Part shown: positions 9,568-19,772 of the stretch, piece by piece | How the letters are laid out: every line of letters begins with the position of its first letter | Numbering within the stretch: position 1 is the first letter of the stretch | Source of the DNA: a bacterium | GTDB lineage: Bacteria; Electryoneota; Electryoneia; Electryoneales; Electryoneaceae | Direction of reading: 5' to 3' | DNA length: 64,000 nucleotides | NCBI GenBank assembly: GCA_963675295.2 | Contig: CAXXKJ010000002.1 | Coordinates: 1,920,001 to 1,984,000 of the forward strand | Program-made: the position numbers and the translations under genes | Notes under the pieces: model-generated | Seen by the model: only the letters and a program-made list of their open reading frames with translations | The model's database searches: none | What the model was told of the DNA's origin: nothing

Positions 9568-11088
9568 ATGTCTGGCCGTGCGCCCGGTTGGTTCGGGCTT
9601 TTCCTCATCATTCTGCTGCCGTGTTCTGCTTTTTGCCAAAGCGGTCCGGCGAACCTCAACGCCGAGCTGTTGCTCGACGGTGAGGTGCAGCTCTCCTGGG
9701 ATCCGGCACCACCCCAGATTCTCGACTCGTATGACGGTCCCTTGGTGAACTACGATCTGCTTCCATCCAACACCTGGTACGTCGAAGACGGCTACCTCAA
9801 GGGCTTGGTTTCGGCGGGTTGGAAGTCGGCCTGCTACGGTGGCGAAGTCGTGGAAAACTTTACGGTTGCCACGACGATCCGGAATGTCAGCGGTGCAAGC
9901 AGCCGTGGGCTGTTGATTCGTGGGGACGGTCCCCGGGACAATGACTACAATGGCTATTGTTTCTATATCTCACTATCGTCCCAGAGTTTCGCCTTCTACA
10001 GTTATGAGGACGGGTATTACGACCTGCTGCTCGGTTGGACGCCGAGTGATCTGATCAACCTTGAACCGGGCGAGGAAAACTCGCTGGCGGTCACGGCGAA
10101 CGGCTCGAATTTCCTGCTGTATGTGAACAACAACTACGTCGGCACGGTCTCCGACAACGACTACAACCAGGGATACATCGGCCTCGTGTCGTCTGGCAGC
10201 AACGAAGTCTGGTATGACGAACTGGTGTGCTATTATGACCCGCCGATGAACAACGACGACCTGATCGAATATCGTGTTTTCCGTGATGGGCTGCAGGTCG
10301 GAACGACACTGGATTCAACGTATACAGACACGCTTCCGGCGCCGGGCGAGTACACGTATTCGGTCAACGCCGTCTTTGAACCCGGCGGTATTACCCCGTT
10401 GTCCAACGAGGCGTCGGTGGACTGGGAGCTTGTTACGTTGAGCCTGTTGCCGGAGAACACGACGATTCCGGCGACGGGTGGCTCGCTGCATTTCTCGGCT
10501 CACCTGGTCAACACGGTGAACCAGTCGTGGCCGACGGTTCGGTTCTGGACCAGTGTTACACCTGCGGGCGGCCAACCGGTCGGACCGTTGACCTCCCGTT
10601 ACATCAACATCCAGCCGTACATGGATTTGACCGTCACGAACATGCACCAGCCGGTTCCGTCCACAATTCCGGCCGGGGATTACCTGCTATCCGCGAATCT
10701 GGGCTACTATCCGGTCTCCCTCGTGTCGGATACTTTTGAATTCACCAAGCTTGAGGACGACAGCGTTGCCTACGGTGGATCGAATATCATCGTTAACGGT
10801 GCCGGGTCTGATCTTCTGTCTGTCAGCGACGTTGGTCTCAGCAGCTGGCCGAATCCGTCCAATGGCTTGTCAACGGTAAAGTTGAGCTTGCCGGAAACGG
10901 CACAGGTGACGGTCGAAGTCGTCAATGTGCCCGGACGCCGGGTAGCGTTGCTCGCCGGGGGAACCCTTTCCGCCGGCACACATCAGTTTGTCTTCGATGG
11001 GTCCAATCTGGCGACGGGTGTGTACTTTGTTCGCATGGTCAGTGACCAGTACGCGCTGCAAATCCAGAAGATCATGTTGTTGAAATGA
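9568..11088 (+). CDS. secreted protein: FN3-like domain with inserted ConA/DUF1080-like domain, shared module, T9SS CTD
   Basis: 'PANLNAE...VQLSWDPA', then 'W.VEDG.L...ENFTV...LAVTANGSNFLLYVNN...GYIGL...VWYDEL', then 'YRVFRDG...YTD...YTYSVNAV'; CTD 'WPNPSN...GVYFVRM...KIMLLK'. Confidence 0.75.
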   Translation: MSGRAPGWFGLFLIILLPCSAFCQSGPANLNAELLLDGEVQLSWDPAPPQILDSYDGPLVNYDLLPSNTWYVEDGYLKGLVSAGWKSACYGGEVVENFTVATTIRNVSGASSRGLLIRGDGPRDNDYNGYCFYISLSSQSFAFYSYEDGYYDLLLGWTPSDLINLEPGEENSLAVTANGSNFLLYVNNNYVGTVSDNDYNQGYIGLVSSGSNEVWYDELVCYYDPPMNNDDLIEYRVFRDGLQVGTTLDSTYTDTLPAPGEYTYSVNAVFEPGGITPLSNEASVDWELVTLSLLPENTTIPATGGSLHFSAHLVNTVNQSWPTVRFWTSVTPAGGQPVGPLTSRYINIQPYMDLTVTNMHQPVPSTIPAGDYLLSANLGYYPVSLVSDTFEFTKLEDDSVAYGGSNIIVNGAGSDLLSVSDVGLSSWPNPSNGLSTVKLSLPETAQVTVEVVNVPGRRVALLAGGTLSAGTHQFVFDGSNLATGVYFVRMVSDQYALQIQKIMLLK

Positions 11089-11366
11089 GTTGGTCGTACC
11101 CCGGGTTTGTTCCTCCAAGGAATTGTTAAGCACGCCTGAAACTGTCCGTCTATGACTCTTCGTGCGCTCAAAATTTTCGGTTAAATTATTGATTATGTTA
11201 AAGCTACACGAATGATGGAAATTTCGGAATCCCGGTCATTTCTTTCGTCCGTGCAGGCAGGACTCGCTATACTTGATGGATTATTGAAGCATGCAGACGG
11301 ATCTCCTCATAGGGGTGTGGGGAGTAAGAAACATAGACTGACGGAACGCATATTGGAGGCTTGAGG

Positions 11367-13619
11367 ATGATTCGTAACAGTGTACTCCTCATGGTTGCCC
11401 TGCTGATGCTGGCGGGCGCCGTATTCGCAAACCAACCGCTTCCCGGCACGAATGTGGCCGACCTGGAAGCCTTCGCGGCACAGTTCAACGAGAAGTGGGA
11501 AAGCTGGCGTGGGCCAGAGTTTGAGGCCGCACTGCTGGAAACCACTGGCATTTACGGCGAGATCAACGCCGATCCGAACCGTGAGCTGATGGGTATCCGG
11601 CCGGACGGCACGCTGGTGATCGCGGTGCTGCGTAATGTGAACGCAGCCATCACCACTCGCACCGACCTCGTGCAGGTTGGCGGGGTGTCTGGCTATGATC
11701 TCGACGGTTCAACGACCACCGGCCTGTACCACTGGGACGGCAGCGCGGCGAACCCGAGCCACCCGGAATTTGTCGGACGCGTCACCATCGGTGACGGCGC
11801 CGGCACCAGCAGCTCCCACGCGAACCACACCGCTGGCACGATGATGGCTTCCGGCGTCAACTCCAGCGCCAAGGGCATGGCCACCGGTGCGCACCTGACC
11901 TCGCATGATTACGACAACGATCAGGCGGAGATGGCGATCGCGGCAACGGAAGGCATGAAGGTTTCCAGCCATTCGTACGGCTTCGGTGATTCGTACAACG
12001 GCGGCTACGACGAGTGGGCGCAGGGCTACGACATCATCTGCCACGACGCACCTCATTATCAGCCGGTTATCGCAGCCGGTAACCTGGGTTCCAGCAGCTT
12101 CGGCACCCTGTACACCGACGTTTGTGGCAAGAACAGCATCGCGGTCGGCAATGTTCAGGACGTGTCGGTGTACAATGGCCCGGCGAGCGTGGTGATCAAC
12201 AGCTCGAGCTCGGTTGGCCCGCCGGATGATGGCCGTGTCAAGCCGGATATCGTAGGCAACGGCACCAGCCTTTATTCCTGCACGTCGTCCAACTACACCA
12301 CGATGACGGGTACGTCGATGTCGTCCCCGAACATCGCCGGTTCGTTGTTCCTGATGTACGAACTGTACGAGCAGACGCATGGCGGCCAGGTTCCGCTGTC
12401 GTCCACGATGCGCGCCGTGATGTTCAATACCGCCGACGAGTGCGGCCCGGCAGACGGTCCGGACTTCAAGTATGGCTGGGGCCTGATGAATACCCAGCGT
12501 GCATGCGATTTGATCGCATCGGACGAAGTGATCAACCCGAACGCTATTGGTGAATACGAATTGAGCGAAGGCGCGGTTGACGAGTACACGTTCAGCAGTG
12601 ATGGCACGGAAGATATCACCGTGACGGTCGTCTGGACGGACCCGGAAGGTGCGCAGTGGGCACCAATTCCGCTGGTGAATGACCTGGACGTCGAAGTGGA
12701 AGAGCTCGCAACGGGCGACATTTACTATCCGTGGAAGCTGGACGGCAACAACCCGTCCGCCGCGGCGACGACAGGCGACAACGATGTCGACAACGTCGAG
12801 CAGATCTGGATCGAAAATCCGGGCGCGGGTTCCTTCACGGTTCGCATCTCGCATGAAGGCAACCTGCAGGACGGTTCGCAGGCGTACAGCCTCGTGGTGC
12901 GTGGTCTCACCGGTGGCGACGCGCCGCAGTACATCCTCAACCTGACGCCGATTCATAACTACATCGCGCCGGGCGGCGGCATGCTGACCTACGATGTCAA
13001 CTTCCGCCACACGCAGGACGCGACGGTTCCGGGCGTGATGTACTGGAACATGGTTACGTTGCCGAACGGCAACCCGTACGGTCCGGTGTTCCAGTATCCG
13101 TTTACCGTCCAGCCGTATCAGCAGATCGGCCGTGAGCTCGCGCTGCAGATTCCGGGCTTTGCGCCGGGCGGTGTGTACGAATTCATCGGTAACGTTGGTG
13201 TTTACCCGAACGACGTGTACGTGACCGACTCGTTCGAAATGGTCAAGTTCGGCAACGGCGCGGACGCACTGCCGGTCGAGGCGATGCAGTGGCAGGGAAC
13301 CGGCTTCGATGCCGAAACAGCCGGTGATGCTGCTCTTCGCACAGATCTGCCGTCGGAGTATGCGCTCAGCGAAGCCTATCCGAACCCGTTCAACCCGACG
13401 ACGTCGATGACGGTGACGTTGCCGGAAGCGGCGGACCTGAACGTGCAGGTGTACAACCTGAACGGACGTCTCGTGGCGACGTTGGCCGAGGGACGGATGC
13501 AGGCGGGCACGCACTCGTTGACGTTTGATGGTAACGGTCTCGCCAGCGGCGTGTACTTCGTCAAGGCGATGGTTCCGGGCCAGTTGAACGCGACGCGGAA
13601 GCTGGTACTGATGAAGTAA
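11367..13619 (+). CDS. S8 (subtilisin-like) serine protease with shared module and T9SS CTD
   Basis: Catalytic motifs WDG, HANHTAGT, AAGN, KPDIVGNG and GTSMSSPNIAG; 'LVNDLD' C-terminal domain; YPNPFN CTD; RBS ggagg. Confidence 0.92.
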   Translation: MIRNSVLLMVALLMLAGAVFANQPLPGTNVADLEAFAAQFNEKWESWRGPEFEAALLETTGIYGEINADPNRELMGIRPDGTLVIAVLRNVNAAITTRTDLVQVGGVSGYDLDGSTTTGLYHWDGSAANPSHPEFVGRVTIGDGAGTSSSHANHTAGTMMASGVNSSAKGMATGAHLTSHDYDNDQAEMAIAATEGMKVSSHSYGFGDSYNGGYDEWAQGYDIICHDAPHYQPVIAAGNLGSSSFGTLYTDVCGKNSIAVGNVQDVSVYNGPASVVINSSSSVGPPDDGRVKPDIVGNGTSLYSCTSSNYTTMTGTSMSSPNIAGSLFLMYELYEQTHGGQVPLSSTMRAVMFNTADECGPADGPDFKYGWGLMNTQRACDLIASDEVINPNAIGEYELSEGAVDEYTFSSDGTEDITVTVVWTDPEGAQWAPIPLVNDLDVEVEELATGDIYYPWKLDGNNPSAAATTGDNDVDNVEQIWIENPGAGSFTVRISHEGNLQDGSQAYSLVVRGLTGGDAPQYILNLTPIHNYIAPGGGMLTYDVNFRHTQDATVPGVMYWNMVTLPNGNPYGPVFQYPFTVQPYQQIGRELALQIPGFAPGGVYEFIGNVGVYPNDVYVTDSFEMVKFGNGADALPVEAMQWQGTGFDAETAGDAALRTDLPSEYALSEAYPNPFNPTTSMTVTLPEAADLNVQVYNLNGRLVATLAEGRMQAGTHSLTFDGNGLASGVYFVKAMVPGQLNATRKLVLMK

Positions 13620-13664
13620 TCTCGATGTCTCGGGCGAAAGGTCCGAGACTGGAGGATGAAGACT

Positions 13665-13702
13665 CACGCAGCCGTGTCTGTTCGCAGATGCGGCTGTGTT
13701 TT
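13665..13702 (+). terminator. intrinsic terminator
   Basis: gcagccgtgtctg-ttcg-cagatgcggctgt followed by gtttt. Confidence 0.7.
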
Positions 13703-13983
13703 GTCTCTGGACATGTGAGCACGTGTGGGAGACGCTTGCCCGGACGCCTGAAAGGTCCTGGAGATCGGTAAGCTGACAGAGCCTCGCTCGGGCAGCGAAA
13801 ACACTAATTATTACAAGAAAACTCTGGAAATCGTGAAATAGAAATAAGTTCGATCGCAGTTCGCGGGGCTCCGGTTGCATCTGCCAATTCGGCAAAATCG
13901 TCTGCAAATTCGAGTTCTTGGCTTTTGCTTCCTTATATTAAAAGCTATCCAATTCTCCAGACAGGAGAAGATTTAGGGTCCAC

Positions 13984-16215
13984 ATGAGAACGGTTACCAT
14001 GCTTAAGCGAAACTGGCGGCTGACTCTGGTTCTGGCCGCTCTTCTTGTCAGCGGTGCTGTCGCTGCTGAACTCCCCCAGACAGACACGGACGGATTAACG
14101 GCGTTGGCGGAACGGCTTCGTGCCCGCCATGCGTTGTGGCAAGGTCCGGAGTACCAGCAATTGAAGGCGATGCGCACCGGGTATTGGGGTGCGTTGAACG
14201 CTGATCCGGAACGGGAACTGATGGGCGTCGACGAGGACGGCAATCCTATCATTTACTACACCGACAACAGCAACGCTGCGCTATCCACCCGTGCGTCGAC
14301 ATTGTACCCCGGCGGGATCGCCGGGTATGAGCTCACCGGCGCGACCTCGTGGGGACTGGCGGTGTGGGATAACGGTGTCGCCAACCCGAACCACCCGGAA
14401 TTTACCGGCCGCATCATCATCGGCGATAACACGTCGAACTACGAGGCGCATGCGAACCACACAGCGGGCACGCTTGTAGCCGCCGGTGTTTCGCCAAACG
14501 CGAAGGGCATGTCGTACGGCGCGTACCTCAACTCGTTCGAGTGGTCGATGGACACGATCGAGATGACGGAAAATGCGAACTGGCTGCACGTTTCCAGTCA
14601 TTCGTACCATTCCGGCGGGGTATACGATTCTTATACGTACCAGTCGGAAGAGTTTGACGAGATCGCCTACCTCGCACCGTACTACCTGATCTGTCAGGCT
14701 GCGGCAAATGACGGGCCGGGTTACCACACGATTCCGTCGAGCAACCTCGGCAAGAACGTGTTGACGGTCGGTGCGGTGAATGACGTGCCCAACTACACGG
14801 GGCCGAACAGCGTCAGCATCGCGAATTTCAGCAGCCGTGGACCGACTGAAGACGGCCGGCTCAAGCCGGAGATCGTCGGCAACGGCGTTTACCTGTATTC
14901 GACTCTGGCGAGTGGGTACACCTCCATGTCCGGTACGTCGATGTCGACGCCGAACGTGGCGGGTACCATGTTCCTGCTGGTTGAACTGTATCAGCAGACT
15001 CATGCGTTCCAGGCGCCGATGTCGTCAACGCTGAAGGCGTTGGCTGTGCACACGGCGGACGAATGCGGACCGAATGATGGTCCAGATTACATTTACGGGT
15101 ACGGTTTGCTGAACGCTCATGCGGCGGCGGACCTGATCGCACTGGATGGGATCAGCCCCGACTACATTCAGCAGCAGGTGTTGCCGTCGGGCGAGCTGTT
15201 CAGCTTCGATTTCGAGGCGGATGGCACGGAGCCGTTGCGGGCGACACTGTGCTGGCTTGATCCGCCCGCTGAGCCGGGCGCAAACCCGGCGCTGGTAAAC
15301 GATCTCGACATGCGGATTGTGCGTTTGTCGGACGGTGAGGACTGGGAACCGTATGTTTTGAATCCGGATTCTCCCTCGCAGGCTGCTTTTGCCGGCGACA
15401 ACGACCTGGACAACCTGGAACTGGTTCATGTGGCGGACCCCGAACCGGGCATGTACCGGGTTCAGATCGCCGTAGATGGACAGATGCAGGGCGACGAGCA
15501 GTCGTTCAGCCTGGTGATCACGGGGATGGTTGACAACACGGAACCCGTCGAGTTGACGCTTGATCCGAGCAATACGGATCTCGGCAATAACGGCGGAATG
15601 CTGTCGTACACCGCGACGCTGGTTAACAACACGGACACCCCGTACAGTGGCCTGCAGATGTGGACGATGGCGCAGTTGCCGAACGGTTCGGAATACGGTC
15701 CGTTGTTCACCAGCAACCCGTTCAACCTCAGCGGCGGGCAGTCGTTGACCTCGCCGACGTTGCGTCAGATGGTTCCTGCGGGCGCACCTTCCGGGACGTA
15801 TACCTTCATCGCTAACGTGGGTGAATATCCGGACATTCTGACGACGAGCAGCTTCGAGTTTTCCAAGGGCCTCACCTCTTCGATTGGTGAGCCGGTGCTG
15901 GACTGGTCGGCGGAGGGAGATCTCACGGCTGAAGCCGCTTCGATGCCGGACGGCTTTATTCTGGCGCAGGCCTGGCCGAACCCGTTCAATGCGGAAACCC
16001 GCATTCAGGTTACCCTGGCTTCGATTTCCGAACTGAATCTCCGGGTGTATGATGTTCAGGGCCGTTTGGTCAAGGTGCTGGCGGATGACCGCTATCAGCC
16101 GGGCCGGCATGAGTTCACCTTGACAAGCGACAATCTGGCCAGCGGGGTTTATTTCGTGCGAGCTGAAGTCGCGGGCCGCGGCCGGGCGACTCAGAAAGTG
16201 ATGCACGTTCAGTAA
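13984..16215 (+). CDS. S8 serine protease, paralog of 11367-13619, with shared module and T9SS CTD
   Basis: WDNG, HANHTAGT, FSSRGPTEDGRLKPEIVGNG, GTSMSTPNVAG; WPNPFN CTD. Confidence 0.92.
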   Translation: MRTVTMLKRNWRLTLVLAALLVSGAVAAELPQTDTDGLTALAERLRARHALWQGPEYQQLKAMRTGYWGALNADPERELMGVDEDGNPIIYYTDNSNAALSTRASTLYPGGIAGYELTGATSWGLAVWDNGVANPNHPEFTGRIIIGDNTSNYEAHANHTAGTLVAAGVSPNAKGMSYGAYLNSFEWSMDTIEMTENANWLHVSSHSYHSGGVYDSYTYQSEEFDEIAYLAPYYLICQAAANDGPGYHTIPSSNLGKNVLTVGAVNDVPNYTGPNSVSIANFSSRGPTEDGRLKPEIVGNGVYLYSTLASGYTSMSGTSMSTPNVAGTMFLLVELYQQTHAFQAPMSSTLKALAVHTADECGPNDGPDYIYGYGLLNAHAAADLIALDGISPDYIQQQVLPSGELFSFDFEADGTEPLRATLCWLDPPAEPGANPALVNDLDMRIVRLSDGEDWEPYVLNPDSPSQAAFAGDNDLDNLELVHVADPEPGMYRVQIAVDGQMQGDEQSFSLVITGMVDNTEPVELTLDPSNTDLGNNGGMLSYTATLVNNTDTPYSGLQMWTMAQLPNGSEYGPLFTSNPFNLSGGQSLTSPTLRQMVPAGAPSGTYTFIANVGEYPDILTTSSFEFSKGLTSSIGEPVLDWSAEGDLTAEAASMPDGFILAQAWPNPFNAETRIQVTLASISELNLRVYDVQGRLVKVLADDRYQPGRHEFTLTSDNLASGVYFVRAEVAGRGRATQKVMHVQ

Positions 16216-16364
16216 GAGAGTCTAAAGTTAGACCAAATCGCAAGTTAAGTAAATCCTCGAAGTCGTTTGTTAACAGGCTGATGTAGCATATAAGCGAGCT
16301 TGGTTTGGAGTTTTCGGGTGTCTCTCATTTTGCCACGGAAAGTCAGCTTCACGGCTGGATTGCA

Positions 16365-16393
16365 TTGTGAGGTTGCTGGAAAAGCTCTAAATT
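16365..16393 (+). promoter_or_regulatory. sigma70-like promoter
   Basis: TTGTGA-N17-TAAATT, about 120 nt upstream of the ATG at 16518. Confidence 0.5.
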
Positions 16394-16517
16394 CACATTC
16401 GCTCTGCTTCTCAGCGAGACTGAGGGGTAAGCCTCTCTCAGAATTCAACGTGAAGTATTCGATCATTTGGGGGTGTAGGGACTCCCAAGGGTAAAGGGAA
16501 AAAACTGGAGGTAATCG

Positions 16518-19424
16518 ATGCGTAGGAACATCGTGCTTATCCTCACATTGGCTCTGTTCGTGGTCGCTGGCGCGTTTGCGTCTGCTCCGCAAGAGCTGAA
16601 GAGGACTACGTTCAACGTCGGGCCGAATACCGGTACGAACGAGTTGGACGAAGTGGTATGGATTGAGGACTTTGAAGGCGATGTCAGTGACTGGATTCAG
16701 GCCAGCCCTGACGTGCAGCCGAACTATTGGACCACAGACGACTGGATGCCGAATGGCGGCACCAATGCGTGGCGTTGCTTTGACCCCACATTTGGTGATC
16801 CGACTTTTGGTGGTTACAACGACGACTGGCTTCAGCTGATGCTGACCCCGGCTATTGACATGACCGGTGTCACGAACGCTGAACTCACGTTTGAATTCCG
16901 TGCTTACATCGAAGACGGTAACTGGGATGCTGGTAACGTCTGGGTATTCTACGGCAATGATCCGGATTACGGTGCATTGGCCAAGGAAATCGCGACCCCG
17001 ACCGCTCCGGCGTACACGGAAACTGACTGCCAGACCTTCGATCCGTGGTTCGGCACAGGCGTGTATCCTGCATGGGCGGGCGAAGGTACTGAGCCGTTCA
17101 ACACCACGTATCAGACCGCGACGTTCGATCTGGGTGCTTACACTGGTTTCGAGTATGTGCATGTCGTGTTCTGCTTCAGCTCTGACGGCGCGTACAACTC
17201 GTCGACCAACAACGACATGTTTGGTTTCCAGGTAGATGACATTGTTGTCACTGCGGATGCGAGCACGGTCTGGGCGGACGACGCTGATGGTAACAACATC
17301 GGTGGCGATCCGTTCTTCCTGACGGGCGCTGCTGCTGCTGGTAGCGACGTGCTTCCGTATCAGATCGAAATCAACACGTGCCCGACGGCTTATCAGCCGG
17401 CTCCGTCGCCGACGATGGTTGCTGGTGTGTTCCAAGATGCCGACGAGGCGTTCAACCACTACCTTGAAGGTCCGGAATTCAACCTGGCCGACCTCGATCC
17501 GGGTCAGTCCTACTGGCTGGATGTCTACTTCAACAGTGACATTGAGTACACCAACAACTTCCCGGATGAATTCGCGTGGCGTCCGGAGATTTACAACCCG
17601 ACCGACGGTTCCTGGAACCCGGCCGCGACGACCGGTAACTACGTGTACGTTGGTGGCAACGGTTCCGTCTGGGAGCTCTTCTCGGGTTCCGGCTTCACCT
17701 ACGACTGGGATATGAGCGACTACGCCGGTATGGACGGCTTGCGTCTCCGTTTCTACTTCACGTCTCCGGCTGTTGACCGCACCATGACCCACCACCTGTG
17801 GGATGACCTCTTCATCGACCGTCAGGATCTGCAGCATGACATCGGTACCGTCATGGTGATGCCGTATCCGACTTCCGTTGGTGTTGATGTCTACGGTAAG
17901 GTCTACCTGACCAACAATGGTCCGAACGACGAATCCGGCTTCAACGCTGTTTGGGATCTCGACGGTCTCGTGTACCCGCTGTACCCGACCGGCCCGTATT
18001 CCTTGAACGCTGGTGAAACCCTTGAGCTCGCGATCGACGATCCGACCGTTCCTGGCGATGTTGGCTACTGGGTCCCGGAAGAAACGGGCGCCTTGGCTCT
18101 TGACGCGTACCACACGCTGGCGAGCGACGAAGTTCCGGACAACGACAACTTCCCGGTTGACGTTGATGTCATGGCTGACGACATGTACGAAGTTGGTACG
18201 GACTCCCGTAACTTCTTCGGCCTGCTGTCCGCTGGTCACGAGCTGAACGAAGGTCCGACCGTCCACATCGATCCGACCGCGATCAACGCTGACATGTTCC
18301 CGGCTGGTGCGACGTTTGACATCGCCGAGCTGCGTATGGATGGTTTCTTCCATCCGAACGCTGGTGGCGCGCCTGCCAACTGCGAAATGGACTTCATCGT
18401 TTACGCTGGTGGTGACACGCCGGGCGCCCAGATCTATCAGGGCACCTATACGTTCACCGAAGCCGCTGGTTACACCGGTGGTACCCAGGCTGTCCTCGAC
18501 GTGAGCGGCGCTGCTGCTCTGCAGGGTCTGTCTGGCGACTTCTGGATTGAAGCTCGTTTGACGACGGAAGGTCTTGACGGCTACATGCAGCCGTTCCCGT
18601 ACCAGACCGGCACCAATGAGTACTTCGACGTGACCACGCAGTTCTACACCTACGAAGACGCGGTCAACGGCGACAACCTGACGGAAGACCAGTATGGTCA
18701 CCACGTCACGGCTGTCTTGACGAACATTGCGACGGCCCCGGCGGTTCTCGAGCTGACCCCGCAGACTCAGTTCGTCCCGGCTGGTGGTGGTAACATCACG
18801 TACGCGGTCCACTTCCAGAACAACACCGGTGGTAGCTTCAACGGTGTGGACTATTGGACGCGCGCCATGCTGCCGAACGGCAACATGACTGGTCTGCTGG
18901 CTCCGCCGCTGTCCTTCAATGTTGTTCCGTTCATGGACGTGAGCGTGAACCGCGTGCTGCAGGTTCCGGGCGGCGCTCCGAACGGCGTCTACACCTTCTT
19001 CGGCTATGTTGGTTTCTACCCGCAGCCGCCGGTGCTGGCCGACAGCTTCCAGTTCCAGAAGGGTCAGACGACGGACAGCTACGACTACAGCGACTTTGAT
19101 GAATTCGGTGAAGCGTTCATGATTGCTGGTGAAGATGTTGTCGCCGGCACGCTGCCGACCGAATTCAGCATCAGCGAAGCCTATCCGAACCCGTTCAACC
19201 CGACGACCACGCTTTCCGTCAGCTTGCCGGAAGCCGCGGATCTGAAGGTGACCGTGTTCAACGTGATGGGTCAGCAGGTTGCGACGATCGCGAACAGCAC
19301 GTTTGACGCCGGCATGCACACGCTGACGTTCGACGGCGCTGGCCTCGCGAGTGGCCTGTACTTCATCCAGGCTCAGGTCCCGGGCCAGCTCAACGAGCTG
19401 CGCAAGGTCACCCTGATGAAGTAA
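16518..19424 (+). CDS. large acidic secreted/surface protein (jelly-roll/MAM-like domains, CARDB-like region, shared module, T9SS CTD)
   Basis: Strong RBS ggaggt; signal peptide; 'EDFEG...W...LMLTPAIDMTG...LTF...GFQVDDIVV' jelly-roll pattern; 'DEVPDNDN'; YPNPFN CTD; strongly biased codon usage. Confidence 0.85.
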   Translation: MRRNIVLILTLALFVVAGAFASAPQELKRTTFNVGPNTGTNELDEVVWIEDFEGDVSDWIQASPDVQPNYWTTDDWMPNGGTNAWRCFDPTFGDPTFGGYNDDWLQLMLTPAIDMTGVTNAELTFEFRAYIEDGNWDAGNVWVFYGNDPDYGALAKEIATPTAPAYTETDCQTFDPWFGTGVYPAWAGEGTEPFNTTYQTATFDLGAYTGFEYVHVVFCFSSDGAYNSSTNNDMFGFQVDDIVVTADASTVWADDADGNNIGGDPFFLTGAAAAGSDVLPYQIEINTCPTAYQPAPSPTMVAGVFQDADEAFNHYLEGPEFNLADLDPGQSYWLDVYFNSDIEYTNNFPDEFAWRPEIYNPTDGSWNPAATTGNYVYVGGNGSVWELFSGSGFTYDWDMSDYAGMDGLRLRFYFTSPAVDRTMTHHLWDDLFIDRQDLQHDIGTVMVMPYPTSVGVDVYGKVYLTNNGPNDESGFNAVWDLDGLVYPLYPTGPYSLNAGETLELAIDDPTVPGDVGYWVPEETGALALDAYHTLASDEVPDNDNFPVDVDVMADDMYEVGTDSRNFFGLLSAGHELNEGPTVHIDPTAINADMFPAGATFDIAELRMDGFFHPNAGGAPANCEMDFIVYAGGDTPGAQIYQGTYTFTEAAGYTGGTQAVLDVSGAAALQGLSGDFWIEARLTTEGLDGYMQPFPYQTGTNEYFDVTTQFYTYEDAVNGDNLTEDQYGHHVTAVLTNIATAPAVLELTPQTQFVPAGGGNITYAVHFQNNTGGSFNGVDYWTRAMLPNGNMTGLLAPPLSFNVVPFMDVSVNRVLQVPGGAPNGVYTFFGYVGFYPQPPVLADSFQFQKGQTTDSYDYSDFDEFGEAFMIAGEDVVAGTLPTEFSISEAYPNPFNPTTTLSVSLPEAADLKVTVFNVMGQQVATIANSTFDAGMHTLTFDGAGLASGLYFIQAQVPGQLNELRKVTLMK

Positions 19425-19455
19425 GCTGCTTTTGCTGACGAGTAATCGTCACTTC

Positions 19456-19488
19456 ACCCCGCGCACGGCAACGTGCGCGGGGTTTTCT
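19456..19488 (+). terminator. strong intrinsic terminator
   Basis: accccgcgcacg-gcaa-cgtgcgcggggt-tttct. Confidence 0.85.
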
Positions 19489-19772
19489 CATTTCGCGACA
19501 GTCCGGAAGAATTTGCATGGGAGAGCCGGATTCAAGCCCGTATCTGTCACGGTTAATTGCATGGCAGGCAAATGATTACACGGATTTCCCCATTCATTGT
19601 CTGAACGCTCGCATTCTTTGTCAATGGGCAGGAAATCTGTCCCATTGATTTGCAGACAGCTTGGATCAGACGCTACTTTAAAACGCTGTGGTTCAGGGGG
19701 AGAAGTGCATCAACTCCGCAATGCCCGCACGCGCGGGTGAATGGGTGCGGGGTTGTTGTCAGGGAGGCTGCG

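Noticed and set aside
16245-19319. 1024-aa antisense ORF (also 11709-13907, 22428-24215, 24339-26411 and others)
   Set aside because: These are shadows of GC-rich, codon-biased sense genes, with no motifs, RBS or plausible composition.
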